From the NCBI GenBank assembly GCA_023421675.1, contig JAEZTC010000001.1, positions 31,388-95,387 on the forward strand: a stretch of 64,000 nucleotides of DNA. Direction: 5' to 3'. Source of the DNA: Bacillota bacterium. GTDB lineage: Bacteria; Bacillota; Clostridia; Acetivibrionales; JANLFN01. The translations under genes were made by a program, and so were the position numbers. The notes below the pieces were generated by a model that worked only from the letters and a program-made list of their open reading frames with translations, searched no databases and was not told the DNA's origin. Shown one piece after another: positions 1 through 10,193 of the stretch. Every line of letters starts with the position of its first letter. Positions within the stretch are counted from its first letter, which is position 1.

Positions 1-384
1 ACCGGAGATCTTGGAGCCGGAAAGACAGCCTTTACAAGGGGAATTGCAGAAGCTTTGGGCATAACCGAGCATATAACAAGTCCGACCTTCACTATTGTAA
101 ATGAGTATGAGGGTACTTTGCCGTTATATCATTTCGATGTTTACAGGACTTCGGGTTCGGATGAAATGTTTGATATAGGCTTTGAGGAATACCTTTACGG
201 TAACGGTGTGACTGTTATCGAATGGGCAGATATGATTTCAGATATACTGCCAAAGGAATATGTTCAAGTTAACATTGAGCAAACTTTTATGGAACCTGAC
301 AGCATTGGAAGAGAAATAAGTTTTGACTTTAAAGGAAAGCGCTACGAAGAATATGAAACCAGGCTTGTTGAAGCGCTTAAGTAA
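1..384 (+). CDS. tsaE: tRNA t6A37 biosynthesis ATPase TsaE (YjeE), 5'-truncated at window edge
   Basis: Frame 1 from nt 1 reads TGDLGAGKTAFTRGIAEALG, the TsaE P-loop. Stop at 384. Followed by tsaB and rimI as in Bacillus ydiB-ydiC-ydiD. Confidence 0.85.
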   Translation, partial: TGDLGAGKTAFTRGIAEALGITEHITSPTFTIVNEYEGTLPLYHFDVYRTSGSDEMFDIGFEEYLYGNGVTVIEWADMISDILPKEYVQVNIEQTFMEPDSIGREISFDFKGKRYEEYETRLVEALK

Positions 385-427
385 ATATTGTTTAAGCCTG
401 CCTGGTTATATGAAAGGGAATCGTAAA

Positions 428-1153
428 ATGAAAGTACTTGCTGTAGATACATCGTCAATGGTTGCGGCAGCTGCTGTTTTAGAAAATGACCGGCTTCTTG
501 GAGAGTATATACTTAATCATAAAAAAACACATTCTCAAAAGCTTATGCCCATGATAGAAAGACTTATGAAGGATCTTGAGCTAAACCCGAGAGACATAGA
601 TGTTTATGCGGCTTCTGTAGGACCAGGCTCATTTACAGGACTTAGAATTGGGGTAACTACAATAAAATCAATTGCTTACGCTGCTGAAAAGCCAGTAGTA
701 AGTGTTCCGACACTAGACGCTCTTGCATATAATATACCTGAAACAGATGCACTGGTTTGCCCAATACTGGATGCAAGGAATAATCAAGTCTATACTGCAA
801 TATATAAAAAAGAGGGAAATCTGATTAAAATTACTGAGTATATGGGAGTCCATATAAGCGAACTTGTACAATTACTTAAAGGAAAGAATCAAAGGGTTGT
901 ATTTCTAGGGGATGCTGTTCCTATTCATCAGGAATTTTTAAAGCAGGAATTAGGTGCTCAATGCTCTTTAGCACCTGCAAACCTGTCACTTCAAAAGGCC
1001 TCATCAGTTGCTTGCCTTGCTCTGCAGAAAGCATCTGTGGGACAGCTTGAGGATTGTTTTGATATGGTTCCGTTTTATCTCAGAAAATCGCAGGCTGAAC
1101 GCGAATATGATAAAAAACTTTGCACAGCTTCCTGCGAGAAAAGCGAGGCTTGA
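428..1153 (+). CDS. tsaB: tRNA t6A37 biosynthesis protein TsaB (YeaZ)
   Basis: Starts MKVLAVDTSS (classic TsaB/YeaZ start) and contains GPGSFTGLRIG. The ATG at 428 lies inside the longer tracked ORF 323..1153; an AGGGAA RBS-like sequence lies upstream. Confidence 0.85.
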   Translation: MKVLAVDTSSMVAAAAVLENDRLLGEYILNHKKTHSQKLMPMIERLMKDLELNPRDIDVYAASVGPGSFTGLRIGVTTIKSIAYAAEKPVVSVPTLDALAYNIPETDALVCPILDARNNQVYTAIYKKEGNLIKITEYMGVHISELVQLLKGKNQRVVFLGDAVPIHQEFLKQELGAQCSLAPANLSLQKASSVACLALQKASVGQLEDCFDMVPFYLRKSQAEREYDKKLCTASCEKSEA

Positions 1154-1182
1154 GAATATTGGCGGCAGTAGAGATAATAAAA

Positions 1183-1608
1183 ATGTTACCTGAACATATA
1201 GACGGAGTTATGACGGTCGAAAATCTCAGTTTTTCTATTCCCTGGTCAAGGGAATCTTTTATAGATGAAGTAACTGTTAATACCTTTGCAAGATATTTCT
1301 GTGCCAAACTAAATGACAATGTTATCGGCTATGCAGGAATGTGGAAGGTTTTTGATGAAGGACATATAACCAACATTGCCGTGCACCCTGAATTCCGTAA
1401 TACAGGGATAGGCAGTCTTTTAATGGAGCATATGATACAAACTGCAAAAAGTGAGGGTATTACAAGCATGACCCTTGAGGTGAGAAAAGGTAATTCAGCA
1501 GCTATCAGGCTATATGAAAAATATAATTTCAGTGTCCAGGGTTTAAGAAAAGGGTATTATGCAGACAACAGGGAAGATGCTTTAATAATGTGGAAGACTG
1601 ATTTGTGA
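1183..1608 (+). CDS. rimI: ribosomal-protein-alanine N-acetyltransferase RimI (GNAT)
   Basis: GNAT motifs (IAVHPEFRNTGIGSLLM, MTLEVRKGNSAAIRLYEKYNF). Lies between tsaB and the t6A genes as in Bacillus. The start codon is uncertain: ATG 1183, TTG 1151 or ATG 1120. Confidence 0.8.
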   Translation: MLPEHIDGVMTVENLSFSIPWSRESFIDEVTVNTFARYFCAKLNDNVIGYAGMWKVFDEGHITNIAVHPEFRNTGIGSLLMEHMIQTAKSEGITSMTLEVRKGNSAAIRLYEKYNFSVQGLRKGYYADNREDALIMWKTDL

Positions 1609-1685
1609 TTAAAAAACTTATATATAATGAAAAAAGCTTTTCACCGATTTAATATTATAGAGGTCACATTTAAGGGGGTCAAAAA

Positions 1686-4094
1686 ATGCCTGAATCCTAT
1701 GAAATCAAGTACAATATGCTGAGTAATGAATGCAAACCCAGCTTTTTTAATTTTAAAGACACTTCACAAATAGAATCACTGGAAGGAATAATAGGCCAGG
1801 ATCGAGCTGTAAAGGCAATGCAGTTCGGACTTAATGTAAAGGTACGGGGATATAACATTTACATGTCAGGCATGTCAGGGACCGGCAAAACCAGTTATGC
1901 TCAAAAGTACATAAAGAAGATTGCAATAAAGAAAAAAGTTCCGTGTGACTGGTGCTATGTCTATAACTTTGATAAGCCCAACCAGCCCATGGCTGTAAAT
2001 CTGCCTTCCGGAACAGGCAAAGTCTTTCAGAAGGACATGGATGACTTTATAAAAATACTTAAGCTGGAGATTTCAAAGGTATTTGACAGTGATGATTATG
2101 AAAAGGAAAAAGCGGAGATTATAAGGGAATTCCAGGATAAGAAGGTTGAACTTGTTCAACAGCTGTCAGAGGATGCTGGAAAGCATGGCTTTAAAGTTAA
2201 AACTACCAGTGCAGGAATTTACTTTATGCCTGTAATAGAGGGAAAAACCCTCAGTGAGCAGGAATACAGCGACCTGGACGAGATGATAAAACACGAAATC
2301 AATGAGAAATCAAGCGCCGTTCAGATTGAAACCCTAGATATTATAAGGAATATAAAGAATATCGAGAAAGAAGCAGAGGAAAAGGTTGCCGTATGGGAAA
2401 ATAGGATTGCACTTTTTGCTGTCGGAATGCATATAAACGATCTTAAGGAAAAATATAGTGACTTTGAAAAAATAACTACATATTTAAGTCGAGTTCAGGA
2501 TGACATTCTTGAGAACTTGTCTGATTTCAGGGAAGAGGAACCGGTTGAGGAGCAGCAGTACATAATTCCTTTTGTAAAAAGCAGCGAATCACCGGCTGAA
2601 AAATATAAAGTTAACCTATTAGTAGATAACAGTACATTGGAAGGTGCACCGGTAATAGTGGATTTTAATCCTACATACTATAATTTACTCGGTAAGCTGG
2701 AATATGAGAACGAATTCGGCACCATGACAACAGATCTCACAATGATTAAGGGAGGCCTGTTGCATCAGGCTAATGGCGGGTATCTCATATTACAGGCAAA
2801 GGATGTTATAAATAATGTCCAATCATGGGAGGCTTTGAAGAGAGTACTCAAAACAAAGAAGATAAATATTGGAAATATGAAGGAGCAATCAGGACTTGTC
2901 GCCGTGTCAAGCCTTAAGCCTGAGCCTATTCCGGTTGAGGTCAAGGTAATACTTGTAGGCAGCGAAGGTCTTTATCAGGCGCTATATGAATATGATGAGG
3001 ATTTCAGCAAGCTGTTCAAAATTAAAGTGGATTTCGATGATGAAATGGAACGAGACCAGGATAATACAATGAAGCTTGCCCAGTTTATAAGCTCTTTCTG
3101 CCGCAGGGAGAACATGCCCCATTTTGATAGATCGGGTGTTGCAAAGGTAGTGGAATATAGCTCACGACTTATTGAAAGCCAGAATAAGCTGAGCACCAGA
3201 TTTAATGATATTGCAGATATACTGTGTGAATCGTGTGCCTGGGCGGAAATTGATGAAAAGAAGCTAGTTACCGCTGAGCATGTAAAAAAGGCGATAGAAG
3301 AAAAGAATCAAAGATCAAATAAATATGATAAAAAGTTGCTTGAAATGCTTGAAGAAGGTACAATAATGATAGATACTCAGGGAGAGGTTGTAGGCCAGAT
3401 AAATGGCTTATCCATCCTTGATATGGGTGACTATGTATTTGGAAAGCCTTCAAGAATTACGGCAACCACATACATGGGTGAAAGAGGAATAGTAAACATC
3501 GAACGTGAAATTGAAATGAGCGGCACGTCACATACTAAAGGCGTACTGATACTTAGTGGTTATATCGGTCAGAAATATGCGCAGGAGATACCGCTTTCAT
3601 TATCTGCAAGCCTTTGCTTTGAACAGCTTTACAGCGGTATTGACGGAGATAGTGCCTCAAGCGCGGAGCTTTATGCGATCCTTTCAAGCCTTGCAGATGC
3701 GCCTATTAAACAGGGTATTGCTGTGACAGGTTCAGTAAACCAAAGAGGAGAAATACAGCCTATTGGCGGAGCAACAAATAAGATTGAAGGATTTTTTGAA
3801 CTTTGTAAGCTTCGTGGATTGGATGGAAAGCAGGGAGTAATAATTCCCCATCAGAATATAAAAAACCTTATGCTTGGGGATGAGGTAATTGAAGCAGTAA
3901 AAAAGCATCAATTTCACATTTATGCTGTAAAGACAATTGATGAAGGCATTCAGATACTTACAGGGCTTAAATCTGGTGAAAAAGATCAAAATGGTAAGTA
4001 TCCAAAAGCGACAATAAATTATAAGGTTTATGAAAAATTGAAAAAATTTGCTCTCAGATCGGTTAGCTTTGGAAAAGAACACAACAACAAATAG
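1686..4094 (+). CDS. Lon-like ATP-dependent protease (COG1067/LonC-type AAA+ plus S16 protease domain)
   Basis: 802 aa. Walker A GMSGTGKTS. C-terminal Lon S16-like catalytic region DGDSASSAELYAILSSL...GSVNQRGEIQPIGG. RBS is AAGGGGG. Confidence 0.8.
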   Translation: MPESYEIKYNMLSNECKPSFFNFKDTSQIESLEGIIGQDRAVKAMQFGLNVKVRGYNIYMSGMSGTGKTSYAQKYIKKIAIKKKVPCDWCYVYNFDKPNQPMAVNLPSGTGKVFQKDMDDFIKILKLEISKVFDSDDYEKEKAEIIREFQDKKVELVQQLSEDAGKHGFKVKTTSAGIYFMPVIEGKTLSEQEYSDLDEMIKHEINEKSSAVQIETLDIIRNIKNIEKEAEEKVAVWENRIALFAVGMHINDLKEKYSDFEKITTYLSRVQDDILENLSDFREEEPVEEQQYIIPFVKSSESPAEKYKVNLLVDNSTLEGAPVIVDFNPTYYNLLGKLEYENEFGTMTTDLTMIKGGLLHQANGGYLILQAKDVINNVQSWEALKRVLKTKKINIGNMKEQSGLVAVSSLKPEPIPVEVKVILVGSEGLYQALYEYDEDFSKLFKIKVDFDDEMERDQDNTMKLAQFISSFCRRENMPHFDRSGVAKVVEYSSRLIESQNKLSTRFNDIADILCESCAWAEIDEKKLVTAEHVKKAIEEKNQRSNKYDKKLLEMLEEGTIMIDTQGEVVGQINGLSILDMGDYVFGKPSRITATTYMGERGIVNIEREIEMSGTSHTKGVLILSGYIGQKYAQEIPLSLSASLCFEQLYSGIDGDSASSAELYAILSSLADAPIKQGIAVTGSVNQRGEIQPIGGATNKIEGFFELCKLRGLDGKQGVIIPHQNIKNLMLGDEVIEAVKKHQFHIYAVKTIDEGIQILTGLKSGEKDQNGKYPKATINYKVYEKLKKFALRSVSFGKEHNNK

Positions 4095-4226
4095 GATACA
4101 TTTTAAATTACATAATAAATCTCAGACATGAAATATTAATATGCGTATAATTAATAAAAAGATAAATTCGCAGCATTTTTATTGTATCCGATGAAGCAAG
4201 TGTTAACTGGTAGAGGGTGAGAATTT

Positions 4227-4781
4227 TTGGAACTTTCGGATTATGAGCTTATACAAAAAATCCTGGCAGGAGATGGGGAACTTTTCTCTGAGCTTGTCAG
4301 CAGATATAAAAAACTTATCTACAGCGTTGTTTTTAATATGATGCATGATAAGGAAGAAGTAACAGATATTTCACAGGAAGTATTTATAAGGATTTATAAA
4401 GCATTGGATAAATATAATCCGGAATATAAGTTCTCTACCTGGTCTGTCAAAATTGCTACAAACTATTGTCTTGACACACTAAGAAAGAAAAAGGTGGAGC
4501 AGGTCCCGATAGATGATATTTCTCATATGCCAAATACCAAAGATACTCCTGAATCTGCTTACCTTCAAAAAGAACAAAGCAGGCTTATTAAAGAAGCTAT
4601 TGATGAACTGCCGGAAAAATATAGGATGCCCATTATACTTTTTCATCAGAATGGGTTATCATATGAAGAGATAACAAAAATATTGAATGAACCAATGACA
4701 ATAATAAAAAATAGACTGTATAGAGCGAGGCTATTACTGAAAGACAAGCTTTCAGGCTGCAGAAAGGAGGAGGTCCTATGA
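4227..4781 (+). CDS. ECF-type RNA polymerase sigma factor (sigma-70 regions 2 and 4)
   Basis: TTG start after an AGAGGGTGA RBS. Region 2 (FSELVSRYKKLIYSVVFNM) and region 4 (LSYEEITKILNEPMTIIKNRLYRAR). Overlaps the downstream anti-sigma gene by ATGA. Confidence 0.85.
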   Translation: MELSDYELIQKILAGDGELFSELVSRYKKLIYSVVFNMMHDKEEVTDISQEVFIRIYKALDKYNPEYKFSTWSVKIATNYCLDTLRKKKVEQVPIDDISHMPNTKDTPESAYLQKEQSRLIKEAIDELPEKYRMPIILFHQNGLSYEEITKILNEPMTIIKNRLYRARLLLKDKLSGCRKEEVL

Positions 4782-5356
4782 ACTGTCAGATTTCAGAAGA
4801 ATATATGATGCGGTATTTCGACAAGGATATAAATGATATTGAACAAGCTCAGCTAAGGCAGCACCTTAAGTCCTGCAAAACCTGCAGCGAAAGCTTTGAA
4901 AGCCTGTCGAATGTTCTTAAAATGGTTGAAGCAGAAGGTTCTGTTGAACCGCCTGAAGATTTTGAAGCCTGTATTATGAAAAAATTATCGACCAATGATA
5001 CTCTTCATAAAAGACGTGTCGAAAGAATACTTTTTGCAATATACTGGCTTGCTACAGTAGCTTTAGGAATATTAATGTTCGTAGTGATTCTCAATGTAAG
5101 GGAAGAATTGTTAAAATCCCTTCAGCCTACAGCAGACAGTTCCGGTGTAATGACTGTATTATACTTTATAGTACAAAAGTTCTATGGAGCTCTTGATTTG
5201 CTTATAAGCGGTTTTGAAAAGGTAAGATCTGTTTTCTCAAACATGTATATTTATCTTGCAGCTGCTCTAACTGTTGCATATTTGATAACTAAACCAAGCA
5301 TTTTCAAATTAAAAAATAAACAAATTAACAGACGGCAAACTGCTCAGGACAGATAA
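4778..5356 (+). CDS. anti-sigma factor (zinc-binding ZAS-like, single TM)
   Basis: HLKSCKTCSESF (H-x3-C-x2-C) near the N-terminus and a central TM helix (ILFAIYWLATVALGILMFVVIL). Translationally coupled to the ECF sigma gene. Confidence 0.7.
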   Translation: MNCQISEEYMMRYFDKDINDIEQAQLRQHLKSCKTCSESFESLSNVLKMVEAEGSVEPPEDFEACIMKKLSTNDTLHKRRVERILFAIYWLATVALGILMFVVILNVREELLKSLQPTADSSGVMTVLYFIVQKFYGALDLLISGFEKVRSVFSNMYIYLAAALTVAYLITKPSIFKLKNKQINRRQTAQDR

Positions 5357-5512
5357 TCAATTTATAAAGTAAACACCATTTATAAAAAAATGGTGTTTTT
5401 TCTTTTACAAAGCATTATAAACCAAGTATTAAAATACTCTGTTTTTTTAGTAAAAATAAGAACGAATATATGTGCTTGTTCAACTAATACTAAAAACACG
5501 GAGGTGATTTAA

Positions 5513-5902
5513 ATGGACGACAATTTTAATAATGATCATGACCAGTTCAAAAATACTGGTCCGACAGAAGATACAGGAACTCCGGACGTAAATGATAACA
5601 ATATAAATAATTTTAAAATGGACGACAGAGGTAATGTACACAGGGATAAAAGCGGTGGTATGGCAGTAACTGCCGCAAGTTCACGTACATTTCTTATAAT
5701 CGGCTGGATTAGCGCAGCTCTGGCAGCATTTGTTTCACCATGGTTTGCTATTGCAGGTATAGTTTTTGGTGTACTCGCCAACAGACAGGCTAGAGGCAGC
5801 GGAACAGCTGTTATTATTACCAACGTAGTACTTGCTGCTATTAACCTCATTTTCGGATTCATTATTATTATGACAATCAGAAGAATGCTGATTGGCTATT
5901 AA
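5513..5902 (+). CDS. small membrane protein (D/N-rich N-terminus, two C-terminal TM helices)
   Basis: GGAGGTGA RBS 7 nt upstream. Hydrophobic C-terminal half. Rho-independent terminator directly downstream. Confidence 0.6.
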   Translation: MDDNFNNDHDQFKNTGPTEDTGTPDVNDNNINNFKMDDRGNVHRDKSGGMAVTAASSRTFLIIGWISAALAAFVSPWFAIAGIVFGVLANRQARGSGTAVIITNVVLAAINLIFGFIIIMTIRRMLIGY

Positions 5903-5924
5903 TCCTTCTTGATAAGCTTAAATC

Positions 5925-5950
5925 AGGGGCTTTCCAGCCCCTTTTTATTT
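5925..5950 (+). terminator. rho-independent terminator
   Basis: AGGGGCT-ttcc-AGCCCCT hairpin followed by TTTTTATTT. Confidence 0.8.
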
Positions 5951-5992
5951 GTGTAATTGTATAAATATTAAGATTATGGGAGGGAGTATACT

Positions 5993-6838
5993 ATGAAGAA
6001 GAACTTCGCTATGATTTTGATAGTAGTACTTTTTCTTGCTGCCATAACAGGGTGTTCCAAGGATTATGTGAAATTTATTACAGAAAATAAAATAAAAAAT
6101 GGGATAAGTATAAATAATATTGATATTGGTGGATTGGAAGAAAAAGATGCAAGAGCTAAGCTTGAAGCTTATGCTAAAAGTATAGATATAGAACCTTTGA
6201 ATGCAAAGCTTGATGCGGATTGGAATATTGCGAGGACAGAAAGGCCCGGGAAAAAAGTTAACATTGATCAAACTTTAAAACTGGCAATGGATGCTAAGGA
6301 AAACAGTAAGGTTGACTTGGTTGTAGAAAAGGCATTGCCCCGAATTACAGCTCAGTCGTTAAAACAGAATATAGTCAAGCTCGCATCTTATTCCACAGAG
6401 CTGCTGGATAGAAGTTGGTCGAGAACTAATAATATAAAGATAGCTTCGTCAAAAATAAACAATAAAATAATAGCTCCAGGCCAAGAGTTCTCTTTAAATA
6501 ACGCTATAGGAAGAAGAACATCATCAAAGGGTTATGAGGAAGCACCTATAATCGTTAACACTGAAAAGGGACCTAAAAAGAAATATGGGGTAGGCGGAGG
6601 TATATGTCAGCTTGCCAGTACGCTATACAATGCAGTTATAAACTCTGGTATGGAAGTTACAGAAAGGCATATGCACTCAAAAACAGTAAAATATGTACCC
6701 AAAGGCAAGGATGCAACTGTTTCTATTAATGTCGATTTTAAATTTAAAAATACAAATGAATATCCCATAAAGATAAAAACTTTTTTAAGTAAAGATTCGC
6801 TGACTGTAAGTATATATGAAAATAGAAATAAAACGTAA
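5993..6838 (+). CDS. VanW-family lipoprotein
   Basis: Signal peptide with lipobox LAAITGC. VanW-domain signature GVGGGICQLASTLYNAVINSGMEVTERHMHS...YVPKGKDATVS. RBS is GGGAGGGAG. Confidence 0.75.
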   Translation: MKKNFAMILIVVLFLAAITGCSKDYVKFITENKIKNGISINNIDIGGLEEKDARAKLEAYAKSIDIEPLNAKLDADWNIARTERPGKKVNIDQTLKLAMDAKENSKVDLVVEKALPRITAQSLKQNIVKLASYSTELLDRSWSRTNNIKIASSKINNKIIAPGQEFSLNNAIGRRTSSKGYEEAPIIVNTEKGPKKKYGVGGGICQLASTLYNAVINSGMEVTERHMHSKTVKYVPKGKDATVSINVDFKFKNTNEYPIKIKTFLSKDSLTVSIYENRNKT

Positions 6839-7047
6839 TTTTCCAAAGGTAAAAATTGATATGTGTATGCCAGAAGACAATACCCTTGCTAATACTGCAT
6901 TATGTGAAGCCTAATAAATGTAGATATTTATTTTATTTGTTATTTCTGTTATAATATCATTTAAGAATAATTTTTATATAACCTGTTTATATACGTAAAT
7001 TAATCAATTGTATATAAGATAGCAAAGGTATTAATAGGAGGATAATA

Positions 7048-7317
7048 ATGATAGTAAAAGAATTGATTATCAATGCAGAAAATGGCTTTGAAGCAAAGCC
7101 TGCCACTCTGTTCATACAAAAGGCATCTAAGTATAAATCCAGCATATGGGTTGAAAAGGGAGAACGTAAGGCTAATGGGAAAAGTCTCTTAGGCTTGATG
7201 TCACTTGGCCTTGCAAATGGACAGCGTATTACAATTATAGCTGATGGTGACGATGAAGAACAGGCAATACAGGATCTTTACAAGTATTTAATGGCGGAAG
7301 CGTCTGTAAAAGAATAA
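7048..7317 (+). CDS. HPr-family phosphocarrier-like protein lacking His15 (Crh-like)
   Basis: Aligns with HPr/Crh. Ser46 is conserved (GKSLLGLMSLG). His15 is replaced by Glu (GFEAKPAT versus GIHARPAT). RBS is TAGGAGGA. Confidence 0.8.
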   Translation: MIVKELIINAENGFEAKPATLFIQKASKYKSSIWVEKGERKANGKSLLGLMSLGLANGQRITIIADGDDEEQAIQDLYKYLMAEASVKE

Positions 7318-7402
7318 TTAAACCATACATAATTGTAACAGCCTGTTTAAGCACATCTTAGCTAATAGAAAAACAATAACAGAAAAGAACTTATAGAAAA
7401 TT

Positions 7403-9247
7403 ATGTTCAATATTAATGAAGAATTAAAAAAACTGCCCGATAAACCGGGCGTTTATATTATGAAGGATGAAAATAATACCATAATTTATGTGGGTAAGGC
7501 TGTTATTCTTAAAAACAGGGTACGGCAATATTTTCAGGCTTCTTCAAATATGAATGCAAAAGTTAGGGCGATGGTATCAAAAATAAGTGAGTTTGAATAT
7601 ATTGTTACCAATTCCGAGCTTGAAGCACTCATCCTTGAATGTAACCTTATAAAAACACATAAACCAAGGTATAACATTCTTTTAAAGGATGATAAGACAT
7701 ACCCTTATATTAAGATTTCCCTGAACGAAGAATACCCAAGAATATTTATGACAAGAAGGGTTGAAAAGGACGGGGCAAAATATTTTGGTCCTTATTCAAG
7801 TGCAATGGCTATTAAGGAAACAATAGACCTTATAAAGAAAACCTTCCCTTTAAAGACTTGTAACAGGATTCTTCCAAGGGATATAGGTAAGGAAAGGCCA
7901 TGCCTTAATTATCATATCTCACAGTGCCTTGGTCCATGTCAGGGAGGAGTGAACAAGGATGCTTACAGGTCGATCATGAAGGATATCTGTCTTTTCCTTG
8001 GCGGCCGTCAGGAGGAAGTTGTTTCAAGACTTGAAGAACAAATGAAGGATGCTGCTGAAAACATGGAGTTTGAAAAGGCGGCAGCGTTAAGAAACAAAAT
8101 TAACAGCCTTAAGCATCTTGCAGAAGAGCAAAAGGTGGTATCGACGACGTCCGATGACCAGGATATTATTGCGTTTGTAAAAGGTCAGACTGATGCTTGT
8201 ATTCAGGTTTTCTTCGTAAGGGGAGGCAAGGTAATAGGAAGAGAACATTTTATCTTTGCCGGCGAAGCCGATACTGATGCAAAAGAACTTGAAGCCTCCT
8301 TTTTGAAACAGTTTTATGCCTCTAGAGATTTTATACCATCTGAAATACTTATACCTGATGAGCTTGATGAGCTTGAAATTCTTGAAAAGTGGCTTACCGA
8401 AAAGAGGGGTCTAAGAGTTCATCTTTTGGTTCCTAAAAGGGGAGAGAAAAAGAATCTCGTAGAAATGGTGCGCCAGAATGCTGTTATATCTCTTAAACAT
8501 TTTGAGGAAAATGCAAATGCAGCAGAAGCTTCCGTTAAGGAAGGGCTTTCAGGACTTTCAGAGGTTCTGGGACTTGAAAATCCTCCAAAACGTATTGAAG
8601 CATACGATATATCAAACACCGGAACAACTGAGATTGTTGCATCTATGATTGTATTTGAAGACGGACTTCCTGCAAAAAAGGAATATCGCAAGTTTAAAAT
8701 CAAGTCCATCAATCAGGACGACTATGCCAGCATGCAGGAAGTAATATACAGAAGGTTCAAGCATGCAGAAAAGGAGCAGACGGAAAGCGGTTCTTCAGAG
8801 ACAAAATTTTCTGTAATGCCAGATATAATATTGCTTGATGGTGGCCTTGGACACGTTAATTCTGTTAAACCGGTTTTACAAAACCTTTCTGTAAACATAC
8901 CTGTCTTTGGAATGGTTAAGGATGACTTCCACAGGACAAGGGGACTGATATCAGACAGCAGAGAGATAGTTCTGTCAAATAACCTTCCGGTTTTAAGGTT
9001 TGTTACATCCATTCAGGATGAGGCCCATAGGTTTGCACTGCAGTATAACAAAAAACTAAGGGAAAAAAGGTATACCAGGTCGGTGCTTGACGAAATACCC
9101 GGGGTTGGGCCAAAAAAGAAGAAAGCCCTGATAAAGCATTTTGGAGGCCTAAACCGTATTAAGACTGCGGGAATTGATGACTTAACTGCGGTTGATGGAA
9201 TAAATGAGCAGCTTGCAAAGACAATTTATGATTATTTACGTAATTAA
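7403..9247 (+). CDS. uvrC: excinuclease ABC subunit C
   Basis: N-terminal GIY-YIG (KLPDKPGVYIMKD...IYVGKA), UvrC-type Cys cluster, C-terminal HhH (LDEIPGVGPKKKKALIKHFG). Confidence 0.95.
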   Translation: MFNINEELKKLPDKPGVYIMKDENNTIIYVGKAVILKNRVRQYFQASSNMNAKVRAMVSKISEFEYIVTNSELEALILECNLIKTHKPRYNILLKDDKTYPYIKISLNEEYPRIFMTRRVEKDGAKYFGPYSSAMAIKETIDLIKKTFPLKTCNRILPRDIGKERPCLNYHISQCLGPCQGGVNKDAYRSIMKDICLFLGGRQEEVVSRLEEQMKDAAENMEFEKAAALRNKINSLKHLAEEQKVVSTTSDDQDIIAFVKGQTDACIQVFFVRGGKVIGREHFIFAGEADTDAKELEASFLKQFYASRDFIPSEILIPDELDELEILEKWLTEKRGLRVHLLVPKRGEKKNLVEMVRQNAVISLKHFEENANAAEASVKEGLSGLSEVLGLENPPKRIEAYDISNTGTTEIVASMIVFEDGLPAKKEYRKFKIKSINQDDYASMQEVIYRRFKHAEKEQTESGSSETKFSVMPDIILLDGGLGHVNSVKPVLQNLSVNIPVFGMVKDDFHRTRGLISDSREIVLSNNLPVLRFVTSIQDEAHRFALQYNKKLREKRYTRSVLDEIPGVGPKKKKALIKHFGGLNRIKTAGIDDLTAVDGINEQLAKTIYDYLRN

Positions 9248-9274
9248 AAATATTAGGTGTTTAAGGAGCAGTAA

Positions 9275-9985
9275 ATGTCCATTTATGCAATTTCCGACCT
9301 GCATCTGGCGTTAAGCATTGACAAACCCATGGATGTCTTTGGTTCCAGGTGGGGTGGGTACATGGAAAAAATAAAAGAATACTGGAACGAGGAAGTTACA
9401 GAGAAAGACTGCGTAATAATTCCTGGTGATATATCGTGGGCAACTTATCTTGAACAGGCTTTTGAGGACTTCAGCTATATTGAAAGCCTTCCTGGGAGAA
9501 AAATCATATCCAAAGGCAATCATGATTACTGGTGGACTACTCTGACTAAGCTGGAAGCCTTTATTTCTCAAAACAATTTTTCTACTATCAGCTTTATGCA
9601 TAATAACAGTTTTGTGATAGACAATACAGTGGTTTGCGGAACAAGAGGCTGGAAGCTGCCTGGTGATGATGGGTTTAGCAGCGAGGACAAAAAAATCTAC
9701 ACAAGAGAACTAAAAAGGCTGGAAATTTCCCTGAATGATTCAACTAAGAGCAATTTTGGCAATATAATAGTTGCGATGCATTATCCTCCTTTTAATTCGA
9801 AGCGGGAGACTTCTGATTTCGTTGACATTATGAAGGCTCACAGTGTTAATACCTGCATATACGGGCATCTGCACGGAGAGGGTCATAGGAATGCTGTTAC
9901 TGGGATAATTGATGGAATAGAATTTAAGTGTGTTGCTGCTGATTATCTTGACTTTAGACCATTAAAACTTAGCAATGGAAAATAA
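9275..9985 (+). CDS. calcineurin-like metallophosphoesterase
   Basis: Motifs DLHL, GDISW, GNHDYWW, GHLH. RBS is AAGGAG. Confidence 0.8.
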   Translation: MSIYAISDLHLALSIDKPMDVFGSRWGGYMEKIKEYWNEEVTEKDCVIIPGDISWATYLEQAFEDFSYIESLPGRKIISKGNHDYWWTTLTKLEAFISQNNFSTISFMHNNSFVIDNTVVCGTRGWKLPGDDGFSSEDKKIYTRELKRLEISLNDSTKSNFGNIIVAMHYPPFNSKRETSDFVDIMKAHSVNTCIYGHLHGEGHRNAVTGIIDGIEFKCVAADYLDFRPLKLSNGK

Positions 9986-10193
9986 GTGTTTTTTTGAGCC
10001 TTTTTGTTGGAATTCACGCAGTTGTATGTTATAATATACAGGTTAAATTAGAAATAGTGTACCCAACTTTTGCATATGACCTTATAACCACAGGTAAATA
10101 AGGCTTTGTGGATAATTGCGTAGTGTGAAAGCACACTATTAGAATATAGAAAAAATTATATTTTTAACTAATTATCAGGAGGAAATACAAAAA

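Noticed and set aside
4095-4226. Sigma-W-type autoregulatory promoter (TGAAAC-N16-CGTA) upstream of the ECF sigma gene
   Set aside because: A TGAAAT...CGTATA pair exists, but with about 9-nt spacing, which is incompatible with ECF promoter geometry.
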